From: Promethearchaeota archaeon
GTDB lineage: Archaea > Asgardarchaeota > Lokiarchaeia > Sigyniarchaeales > SOKP01
DNA: 15,820 nucleotides
Assembly (NCBI GenBank): GCA_013375475.1
Contig: JABXKD010000082.1
Coordinates: 1 to 15,820 of the forward strand
Reading direction: 5' to 3'
Part shown: piece by piece, positions 6,654 to 14,407 of the stretch
Position numbering within the stretch: the first letter of the stretch is position 1
How the letters are laid out: each line of letters starts with the position of its first letter
The notes under the pieces: generated by a model
Told to the model about the DNA's origin: nothing
Databases searched by the model: none
Seen by the model: only the letters and a program-made list of their open reading frames with translations
Position numbers and translations under genes: made by a program

Positions 6654-8510
6654 TTATAATAAATAACTTCTAAGTTGTTGAATGTATTTGTCTATCGTCC
6701 TATCAATTTTCTTTCTTCTATTGAAAAAATCATCGGATAACTTCTGATAAGCTGCTTTGGAAGGTAGTTTACCCCTTTTATATCGAGATTCCAAGAGGTT
6801 TATACTATCGTTAACACTTATTCTCTCAGCATCTAATATATCGAGCTTTTTTATAAGATTATTGTATGTATCGCTTGATTCCATCAATATTTTTTTAAAT
6901 GGGAGGATTTCTTCTTTAATTTGGTCTATTTTTGCTGTATTTTTAGTTAATAGATTTTTATATGTTTTTTTAGCAACTTTTTTACGTTTTGTTTCATTCT
7001 CTACTTTTCTAATTTCTAAAATTAACGCATTTTTTTCTTCGTATAAAGAACAGAATTCTCTAATTTCGCTCGTAGGGATGAACTCTTTTTTGAATGTTGA
7101 CAAATCTTCGTCTCTCTTTCGAGTTTTTATGATAAGAACGAATACTGATGACAAGAATGCTATAATCATAATAAAGATAATAGGTCTAAGAACTAAGTCA
7201 AAGATATCTATTGTGTATGTAAACAGAATTGGGCTTTTTTCAAAGGGGCTTGTATTTTCCGAACTATAAACTAGAACTCTTGAACCGACAGTTTTCAATA
7301 TAGCTTCTGGTGGAGAAGATGTGTAATCTATTGTGCCACAAGCTTCAATTACTATATTAGTTGTTTGCTCATGAATTAAAAAATCGTAATTTGTCGTCAG
7401 AAGATCGATTGAGATGGACTGTTGGAACCAGTTGTAAGAAATGTATTGTTCATGTGGCAAATTATATTCAATGAAAAATATAAATTTTGAACCTGGTGTT
7501 AAAGAAACTCGATTTTGATATAATTGAATGGATAATACTTTCTTTGAAGAGTCTGTTTCTGAATCCACTATCTCACCAAATAATTCACCTAAATCATCAT
7601 AGATTCTTACGTTCTTTGCGTCTATAGGTATGTTTATTGAGAATAAAGCGACATCTACAATTCCTATATTTTCTATAGTAATTTCTTCAGTATTTTTAAT
7701 AATACCCCATGGAGAGATTATTATGTTTCTATTTATTTCTTCTATTTCTAATCTGGTCATTTGTAAGGTCTTTATTGCCACAAAGGTTTCATTGTTTTCG
7801 TTTAAATTTTCCAAAAAGGGATCTAGATGGTTAATAGATACACTTTGGTCTAAATCATATAATATATTGGTACCAACGACCTGACCCATTCCTTCAAATT
7901 GTTTACGAGTATGTAGTTCCGTTAGCGGAGGTATTAAATATATTGATTTTACTTCTCCTTCACATCTATATGGTAATATTGGAAATAATAATCCATTCAT
8001 AGTTATTATTTGAGTTATCCCCTCTTCAAGGTCATTAAATTCATAGGATAATAGATCTGTGTAGCTTTGCTTAAATATTATGGATGTTTCTTGCGATGGC
8101 AAAAGAGGTGAATCAAAATAGATTTTTATCATCTCATAACTTCCCAACACTCCATATGATCTTTCAGCTATCAATGTGTTTTCTGTATGACTCCTAGCAC
8201 TTATGTAAATTAATTTACTTGAGTCCTTCAAGGGTATTCCTATTAGGATTGAATGAATTGGATTGTCATTCTCATTTAAAATTGTCAATCTATCTATTAT
8301 ATTTATTAAACCGTTTGCGCTTAAATTAGTACGTCGTAAAACTTGTGTTATTAATATTTCTTCTACTCCCTCCATACTACTTGATAGTTTGGATACTTCG
8401 ATTTCATTTTGATCTTGATAATGATATATTGATTCTTCACCAAAATATTGAAATACAAAAACAAACGATAAGAATCCAATAATTAGAATTATTTTAGCTC
8501 TTTTTCTCAT
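6654..8510 (-). CDS. Ribophorin I / OST1-like oligosaccharyltransferase accessory subunit (Asgard eukaryotic signature protein)
   Basis: 618 aa with an N-terminal signal anchor and two repeated beta-rich lumenal domains (VLRRTNLSANGLINIIDRLTILN / INRNIIISPWGIIKNTEEITIEN). The ISPWG..TEE and YDDLGEL...FFIEYNLP segments resemble ribophorin I VSHWG..VEE and Y.D.IGN...F.IGYNLP. One C-terminal TM helix is followed by a helical basic tail. Confidence 0.78.
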   Translation of the reverse strand: MRKRAKIILIIGFLSFVFVFQYFGEESIYHYQDQNEIEVSKLSSSMEGVEEILITQVLRRTNLSANGLINIIDRLTILNENDNPIHSILIGIPLKDSSKLIYISARSHTENTLIAERSYGVLGSYEMIKIYFDSPLLPSQETSIIFKQSYTDLLSYEFNDLEEGITQIITMNGLLFPILPYRCEGEVKSIYLIPPLTELHTRKQFEGMGQVVGTNILYDLDQSVSINHLDPFLENLNENNETFVAIKTLQMTRLEIEEINRNIIISPWGIIKNTEEITIENIGIVDVALFSINIPIDAKNVRIYDDLGELFGEIVDSETDSSKKVLSIQLYQNRVSLTPGSKFIFFIEYNLPHEQYISYNWFQQSISIDLLTTNYDFLIHEQTTNIVIEACGTIDYTSSPPEAILKTVGSRVLVYSSENTSPFEKSPILFTYTIDIFDLVLRPIIFIMIIAFLSSVFVLIIKTRKRDEDLSTFKKEFIPTSEIREFCSLYEEKNALILEIRKVENETKRKKVAKKTYKNLLTKNTAKIDQIKEEILPFKKILMESSDTYNNLIKKLDILDAERISVNDSINLLESRYKRGKLPSKAAYQKLSDDFFNRRKKIDRTIDKYIQQLRSYLL

Positions 8511-8663
8511 AATAAAATACCTTATCTAACTCAAATTAACTAACAATAATTAATACCATTAATAAAAATTTATTATATTTTTTTTTATAATTCAAGATAA
8601 GACTTATTATTTTTGATGTTTTAATTTTATTTAATTAATATTAAGTATTGTGATAGTAGATTA
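8511..8663. promoter_or_regulatory. Divergent promoter region shared by ribophorin I and Sec61-beta
   Basis: 153-bp, very AT-rich spacer between head-to-head genes, with TATA-like words on both strands (e.g. TTTATAA at 8584-8590). Exact boxes cannot be resolved. Confidence 0.55.
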
Positions 8664-8879
8664 ATGTCGTCGCAACGCAGTCAATCAAGACGTAAAAAAA
8701 GAAGAAGTGGTAACGCCCCAATGCCCTTAGGAGGTGCTGGTTTAATGAGATTTTTTGAAGATAGTTCAATTGGAATTAAAGTTAGTCCAATAACTACTGT
8801 GATTTTTTCTGTATCTTTAATTTTAATTGTAATATTAGCTTGGTTGGGGGTTTTTAATTGGTTATTTACTCCATCGTAA
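8664..8879 (+). CDS. secG: Preprotein translocase subunit Sec61-beta
   Basis: 71 aa with GAGLMRFFEDSSIGIKVSP followed by a single C-terminal TM helix, the archaeal/eukaryotic Sec61-beta signature. Confidence 0.93.
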   Translation: MSSQRSQSRRKKRRSGNAPMPLGGAGLMRFFEDSSIGIKVSPITTVIFSVSLILIVILAWLGVFNWLFTPS

Positions 8880-8911
8880 TCCTTTTTCTTCACAAATAAA
8901 TTGTTTAGATT

Positions 8912-9205
8912 ATGAAAATATCAAATTTTCAAAATTTATTAAAAGATCTTTATCTTCAAAATGACATGAATAGAGGAATAAAATCTACCTTTATTTGGTT
9001 AGTAGAAGAAATAGGGGAATTAGCTACCGTATTAAATTCAAAAAATATAGATAAGCAGAAAGCATCTGAAGAGTTAGCAGACATTATCGCATGGGCGATT
9101 TCTGTTGCTAATATTTTAGATATTGACATAGAAAATGCTATATTTAATAAATATCCAAATAAATGTAAAAAGTGCAGTTCTTCTCCATGTATATGCGAAA
9201 AATGA
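8912..9205 (+). CDS. MazG-like nucleotide pyrophosphohydrolase
   Basis: WLVEEIGELA...EELADIIAW...ANILDID (ExxE...ExxD) and a C-terminal KYP..CxxCxxxPCxC motif. Confidence 0.88.
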   Translation: MKISNFQNLLKDLYLQNDMNRGIKSTFIWLVEEIGELATVLNSKNIDKQKASEELADIIAWAISVANILDIDIENAIFNKYPNKCKKCSSSPCICEK

Positions 9206-9272
9206 AGAAGTTAATATTAATTCATATATAAATCAATTAAAGTTAAAAACTAACGAAAAGTGAAGCTACTAA

Positions 9273-10028
9273 ATGAATCTAGAACGAAATTATAACTCTT
9301 TTATACATCAAAACGCAGTTGTACATAAAAATGCATATATTGATAGTTATACAGCAATTGGGAATGGAGTTAAAATTGAGAGTGATGTTTATATTTCAAA
9401 GGGCGTCAAGATCTATGGAAAAGCATTGATTCAAGCAGGTACATATGTAGGTGAGAATTGCATCGTTGGGCATCCACAAAGAAGTGATTTATCAAAAATA
9501 GTAAAAGATAAGCAGGAGATAACCGATTATGAAAGTCCTTTAATTACGATCGGAGAAGATTGCACCATTAGAGCGGGTACGATAATTTACTCAGAAGTGA
9601 ACATTGGTAAAAAATGCCAAACCGGACATAATGTTATGATTAGAGAGAAAACTACTATAGGTAGTAATACAATAGTAGGTACAAACACGGTTATTGATGG
9701 AAATACAATTATTGGAGAAAATGTAAGTATTCAAACGGGAGTTTATATCCCCTTATATTGTAAAATTGGAAACAATGTTTTTATGGGACCATTTAGTAAA
9801 TTAACAAATGATAAATATATGATGCGTAAAATTTACGATTTAATTGGCCCCAATATCGAAGATGATGTTTCATTAGGAGCTAACTCAGTAATCTTACCAG
9901 GAATTACATTAAAAAGGGGAACTATTGTTGGAGCGGGTAGTGTGGTTACAAAGAACACTAATGAGAACGATATTGTTATAGGAAATCCTGCTAAATTATT
10001 AAAGAAAAAACCTGAAGATTGGAAATAA
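9273..10028 (+). CDS. Hexapeptide-repeat (left-handed beta-helix) sugar N-acetyltransferase, WbpD/WxcM-like
   Basis: Multiple [IV]Gxxxx hexapeptides, GHNVMIRE, FMGP...LTND, GANSVILPG, VGAGSVVTK and GNPAK. Confidence 0.88.
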   Translation: MNLERNYNSFIHQNAVVHKNAYIDSYTAIGNGVKIESDVYISKGVKIYGKALIQAGTYVGENCIVGHPQRSDLSKIVKDKQEITDYESPLITIGEDCTIRAGTIIYSEVNIGKKCQTGHNVMIREKTTIGSNTIVGTNTVIDGNTIIGENVSIQTGVYIPLYCKIGNNVFMGPFSKLTNDKYMMRKIYDLIGPNIEDDVSLGANSVILPGITLKRGTIVGAGSVVTKNTNENDIVIGNPAKLLKKKPEDWK

Positions 10029-10088
10029 TTATTTAAAGCCCTAATTCTATTAATTGTTCGAATTTATTTTAAATAAAATGTGTGAAAA

Positions 10089-11192
10089 ATGAGTTTAATT
10101 AATAAAAAAATTTGGATTGATATCGAAGAACCAAAAACAGCAATTATGTTTTATTCTCTGTTAAAGAAGTTTCAACGGGAAGATGCAGAGCTTTTAGTTA
10201 CTGCTAGAGATTACGATTCAACTTTTCAAATTTTAGATGATTTAAATATTAATTATCAGAAAGTAGGGAAACACGGTGGCGAAAAATTAGAAGATAAATT
10301 GGAAACTTATATACACCGCTTGGCCGAATTATTTCCTTTTGTTACTAAGTTTAAACCGGATTATTTTATCACCTTTTCTTCTGTGGAGGGTGCCAGAATC
10401 TCATACGGATTAAAAATCCCTTCAATAGGGTACAACGATGAACCACGAAATGTCCCAGTGTGTAAATTAATATTTCCTTATTTAGATAAGATAATAATTC
10501 CAGCGTGTATTCCTGAAGAATTATATATCAATCTTCACGCCAATCCGGATAAACTAATCAAATATAACGGTATAGATGAAATTGCTTGGCTTTCAGAATA
10601 CGAACCTAATCCTAAAATTCTTGAAAAACATTCTCTGGAAAAAGGGAGATTTGTAATTATTCGAAGTGAACCTAGCTTTGCTAGTTATTTTATTGATAAA
10701 CTTAAACCGGAAGAGTCATTAATTAGTCAATTCTTTCCACCCATTTTTACGAAATTTCCGGATTTGAAGTATTTTTTAATTGTTAGAACAGAAAAACAAG
10801 AAATGTTTCTTAAAAAGAAGTTAAAAAATTATATTAATAATTCCAACATTGTAATTGCAAGGTACATGCCTGATATGGTGGATTTATGTTATTATGGTGC
10901 TTTAGTAATCAGTGGAGGGGGAACAATTGTTCGTGAATCTAGCCTGTTAAATGTACCGAGTATAGAATATTTTCCCGGGGATTCAGCCCCCCAAGAGCAT
11001 TTTTTAATCAACAATGGTTTTCCCTTGCTGCATATAAAAGAGTGCGAAGAAATCGTAAAGAAATCTATTGAGATTATCTCATCAAAGCCAAATTCTGATA
11101 GGTTTAATAATTCATTCAAAGAGAAGATTAAAAAGTTTGAAAACCCAAATGATATCTGCTTTAATTTTGTTAAGGAGAATTTGATTGATTAA
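10089..11192 (+). CDS. DUF354 family protein (GT-B fold, glycosyltransferase/epimerase-like)
   Basis: KIWIDI..P, VTARDY, VGKHGG, SVEGARISYGLKIPSI..NDEP, YNGIDE.AW, IRSEPSFASY and SGGGTIVRESSLLNVPSI are characteristic of archaeal DUF354 proteins. Confidence 0.85.
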   Translation: MSLINKKIWIDIEEPKTAIMFYSLLKKFQREDAELLVTARDYDSTFQILDDLNINYQKVGKHGGEKLEDKLETYIHRLAELFPFVTKFKPDYFITFSSVEGARISYGLKIPSIGYNDEPRNVPVCKLIFPYLDKIIIPACIPEELYINLHANPDKLIKYNGIDEIAWLSEYEPNPKILEKHSLEKGRFVIIRSEPSFASYFIDKLKPEESLISQFFPPIFTKFPDLKYFLIVRTEKQEMFLKKKLKNYINNSNIVIARYMPDMVDLCYYGALVISGGGTIVRESSLLNVPSIEYFPGDSAPQEHFLINNGFPLLHIKECEEIVKKSIEIISSKPNSDRFNNSFKEKIKKFENPNDICFNFVKENLID

Positions 11193-11194
11193 TC

Positions 11195-12304
11195 TTAGTA
11201 ATTTAAAAATCTTCTATACTCCTTTTCTAATCTTTTTCCAACTGTGTTCCAGCTGTAATTTTTGACAAATTTTTGGCCATTTTCTACTAGATTGTTCCTT
11301 AATTCATTATCGTTGAGTAGAGTCGTTATTTTTTCAGCTAATTTTAGAGGAGCTCTAGGAGGGACGAATAAGGCATTATTTCTTAATATTTCTCTATATA
11401 CCAAAATTGAGGAACATATAACTGGAGTTCCACAGGAAATAGCTTCTAAAGGAGTTAAACCAAATCCTTCGGATGATGAAGAATAAGTAAGAAAAATATC
11501 TCCCATTGAAAAATAATAAGGTACTTCATCTTCGGGTAAATATCCCATAAATAGAACTTCCTTATAGATTTCTTTCCAATTTTTGTATTCCTTTTCCATC
11601 AGATAATCTGGTTTCCCCCCAATGACTAAGTTAACATTAGGAATTTCAGTTTTAACTATTCCGTAGGCTTTTATTATATCAGCTACTCCTTTGTAAGGTG
11701 TAATTCTTCCGATATACAACAACACAGGTCCTTGAATCTTTAATTTTTCCTTTAATTTTTGAGCTTCAACTGGATAAGGTTTATATTTCTCTTCGATACC
11801 ATTATATATAGTTGCAATTTTATTTTGAGTGATTCTTGGAATATAATGCTGGAATTGCCTATTAACAAAATTTGAAACAGTCGTTATTATTGTAGCTCTT
11901 TTTGAAATAAATTTTATTAACAATTTTTCTATGGGTATTTTTGTAAGTTTTGTTTCAAAAGGGGTAAAATCATGAATCGTACAAATGAAACTTTTTCGTC
12001 CTGCTAAAAAGATTGGTAATGCGGCTTTAGGGCTGTTCGCGTGTATAATATCGAAACTATTAGTTCTTAAGAATTTAATTACTTTATAATAAAAGTGGGG
12101 AACCCAAAAAAACCTCCTTTTGATGAGAGTAAATTGGATTATATTTGGATCTTCTAAATCTTTGTTCCACTTACCAGTAATTAGTGTTACGTCATGACCT
12201 TGTTGTTTCAAATATTCAAAAAGTGCTCTGATTACTTTAGCTTCTCCATCAGCACTATCAGGAGATACTGTTAAAGAGATCAAACAAATTTTTAGCTTTT
12301 TCAT
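11195..12304 (-). CDS. Glycosyltransferase family 4 (GT-B, retaining)
   Basis: DIIHAN, TIHD, TVSNF, IYNGI, YIGRITPYKG, EGFGLTPLEAISCGTPVI (ExFG...E) and YSW motifs. Confidence 0.93.
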   Translation of the reverse strand: MKKLKICLISLTVSPDSADGEAKVIRALFEYLKQQGHDVTLITGKWNKDLEDPNIIQFTLIKRRFFWVPHFYYKVIKFLRTNSFDIIHANSPKAALPIFLAGRKSFICTIHDFTPFETKLTKIPIEKLLIKFISKRATIITTVSNFVNRQFQHYIPRITQNKIATIYNGIEEKYKPYPVEAQKLKEKLKIQGPVLLYIGRITPYKGVADIIKAYGIVKTEIPNVNLVIGGKPDYLMEKEYKNWKEIYKEVLFMGYLPEDEVPYYFSMGDIFLTYSSSSEGFGLTPLEAISCGTPVICSSILVYREILRNNALFVPPRAPLKLAEKITTLLNDNELRNNLVENGQKFVKNYSWNTVGKRLEKEYRRFLNY

Positions 12305-12341
12305 ATGAAGTCTAACAAGATTCTAATTAAATCTCACATCG

Positions 12342-13322
12342 TTAGGTGAGCTGTTTAAATCCATCTTCAGTTATTAATATCGTTTCTTCGCTTTGCGCAA
12401 CGAATTCTCCTTTTTGTTCAGCTAATACATAATGTACTTGTATTTTCCCCTGCTGAATTAGCTCTTGAAGCCCAAACGCAACTCCCATTCTAAAGTCTTT
12501 TGCCAACCATCTTTCTGCAAAAGGGAGCGTTTTATAATTCTTATTGATATGGCCTAAAATCTGTTTAGAAGTTTTTCTTCGTAATGGTACTCTTCCTGCA
12601 TATGGATTCAATTCGTAAATATAGGAAGAATTAGTATTGTGAACTGTACCTTCTCCCGTTGATGCAAATATCTCTAAACCATAAACTTCACCCTCTTCCA
12701 TTATATCACCACTTTGAGTACCTAATTCGGGAAGTCGTTTTTTTCCATGAACTGTCCACCTTTCAATTTGATGTCCGCCCAGTTCTTTAATTGGATTATA
12801 TTTAAAACCCTTTACGATAGCTTCAATTTTTTTACCCAATTCTTTCGTATTTATCTTAGGTTTAGCCATCATTTTTGCAGCTTCTAAAGCGATTTCTGTT
12901 GCCTGAATGATGTTTTCAAGAGCTGTATCATCGCTAAAACTTTTAGTAAAAGCAGTATCTACAATGTATCCATCAATATGCACACCCAAATCGATTTTAA
13001 CGATATCTCCATCTTCAATAGTGAGTTCGTCATCTTTTATGGGAGAAGTGTAGTGAGCAGCGATATTATTAATACTCACATTAACGGGAAATGCCCAACC
13101 TCCTTCTAATTCGATAATTTTAGCTTCTGTTTTTTCTACTAAATCGAAAACATTCGTTCCAACCTTTACTTGCGGTTTAATGAATTTTTTTACTTCTTGA
13201 GCGATGTTTCCCGCTTTAATTAGAGATTCGATTTTATTTTTTTTCTCTTCTTCTTCTTTATCTGCTTCTTCTTGATTGGTTTTTTTAGCAGATTGATTTT
13301 TTAAATTATTATTCTCAGTCAT
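12342..13322 (-). CDS. map: Methionine aminopeptidase type II
   Basis: AFPVNVSINNIAAHYTS, KIDLGVHIDGYIVDTA, LGGHQI, LEIFASTGEG, helical type II insert (YKTLPFAERWL) and QSEETI. The D, D, H, E, E metal ligands are present. Confidence 0.95.
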   Translation of the reverse strand: MTENNNLKNQSAKKTNQEEADKEEEEKKNKIESLIKAGNIAQEVKKFIKPQVKVGTNVFDLVEKTEAKIIELEGGWAFPVNVSINNIAAHYTSPIKDDELTIEDGDIVKIDLGVHIDGYIVDTAFTKSFSDDTALENIIQATEIALEAAKMMAKPKINTKELGKKIEAIVKGFKYNPIKELGGHQIERWTVHGKKRLPELGTQSGDIMEEGEVYGLEIFASTGEGTVHNTNSSYIYELNPYAGRVPLRRKTSKQILGHINKNYKTLPFAERWLAKDFRMGVAFGLQELIQQGKIQVHYVLAEQKGEFVAQSEETILITEDGFKQLT

Positions 13323-13527
13323 TAAAATAAGTAATGTAAAAGTTGATAAAAATATTTTTTAAATAAGGATATTAAACTTAATAAAATAGAAAAAATAAGG
13401 TAAACATTAATAATTAAATTAAGTTAATTTTAATAGATCATATAAGTTATGAATTAATCACTCATTAGGTTGATTTACAATTGAGTGAAAATACATTTAA
13501 GTTAATAAAACCTTCGTCAAAAATTAG

Positions 13528-13532
13528 GGAGG
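13528..13532 (+). promoter_or_regulatory. Shine-Dalgarno-like site for the roadblock gene
   Basis: GGAGG 9 nt upstream of the TTG start at 13542. Confidence 0.6.
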
Positions 13533-13541
13533 CAGTATTGG

Positions 13542-13913
13542 TTGTCTGAAAATATTAGTGAGCTCACGGATTTACTAAGAAAACTTTCTGCGGTGAATAG
13601 TGACATAGAAGGTTCCGCCATAGTTAGTGTTCAAGGGCTCCCAATTTGTTCAGTTCTAAGCAGAAATGTGAATGATGGAATTGTTTCGGCCATGTCTGCG
13701 GCCATTCAGAGCGTTTCAGAACGAGCAGTTGAGGAACTTGATAGGGGTGAATTAAAAAGGATTCTTATCGAGGGTTTAAACGGAATTATAATCCTCTCTA
13801 GAGCAGGTGAGAACGCTATTTTATGCACTTTGTGTAGTCCTAATTCTAGTTTAGGAATGGTGTTTCTAAATATCCAAAGCGTTTCCAATAGAATTGCTTC
13901 CCTTTTAGATTAG
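13542..13913 (+). CDS. Roadblock/LC7 (MglB/LAMTOR-like) domain protein
   Basis: 123 aa with IEGSAIVSVQGLPICS, VSAMSAAIQSVSERAVEELDRGELKRILIEG..G, AGENAILC and LGMVFL, a typical roadblock pattern. The family is expanded in Asgard archaea. Confidence 0.92.
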   Translation: MSENISELTDLLRKLSAVNSDIEGSAIVSVQGLPICSVLSRNVNDGIVSAMSAAIQSVSERAVEELDRGELKRILIEGLNGIIILSRAGENAILCTLCSPNSSLGMVFLNIQSVSNRIASLLD

Positions 13914-13998
13914 AAAACTAATATGTTTTTTCAAATTACAAATTTTAAACCTGAAAGAAAAAAAAGGTTAATTCTCGGTTTTCTTCTATAAATTACAA

Positions 13999-14403
13999 TT
14001 ATTCTGCATTTGAATCTCTAGAAGGATGTTTTTCAAGATACATCTTAATTAACGCCATCAAACCATTACCAATTCCTCCACCAATTGCTCCAAAAATTGC
14101 TGCTAATAATAGTATTAGTACTATAAATGCCCACCCAAAACCCTCTCCAAAGATTAAGCCTCCAAGTTGATCAAGCAATGCATAAACATTTCTGGAAATC
14201 GTTCCGATTAAAATGTATAGTCCCCAGGAGAGAGTTACTCCTAAAAAACCGCTTAATACTCCATGTTTTAAGGACTTATTAATCATCCCTGCAATTATAC
14301 CTGGAATAATTATTAGCTGCCAAATTGGAATTAAGGTCAATAGCATAGTGAGACAAATGGCTACAAATACACTTATATAGAAATTTCTGTTATCCTCTTC
14401 CAT
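13999..14403 (-). CDS. Small Gly-rich multi-TM membrane protein (DUF5518-like), function unknown
   Basis: Hydrophobic helices with PGIIAG, GVLSGFLG and FGAIGGGIG. ATG at 14403 is preceded by GGAGGT inside the 3' end of the upstream gene, so it is preferred over the track's 14445. Confidence 0.7.
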   Translation of the reverse strand: MEEDNRNFYISVFVAICLTMLLTLIPIWQLIIIPGIIAGMINKSLKHGVLSGFLGVTLSWGLYILIGTISRNVYALLDQLGGLIFGEGFGWAFIVLILLLAAIFGAIGGGIGNGLMALIKMYLEKHPSRDSNAE

Positions 14404-14407
14404 GCTT

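Noticed and set aside
6059-7884. Plus-strand ORFs 6059-6397, 6757-7269 and 7630-7884
   Set aside because: All lie fully antisense to trm112 or ribophorin I; Phe/Leu/Ser-rich mirror of Lys/Glu codons.
8681-8893. 70-aa minus-strand ORF
   Set aside because: Antisense to the clearly recognisable Sec61-beta.
9203-9214. Selenocysteine readthrough of the MazG TGA stop after the Cys-rich tail
   Set aside because: An in-frame TAA follows after two more codons, the CxxCxxxPCxC motif is already complete, and no convincing SECIS was seen.
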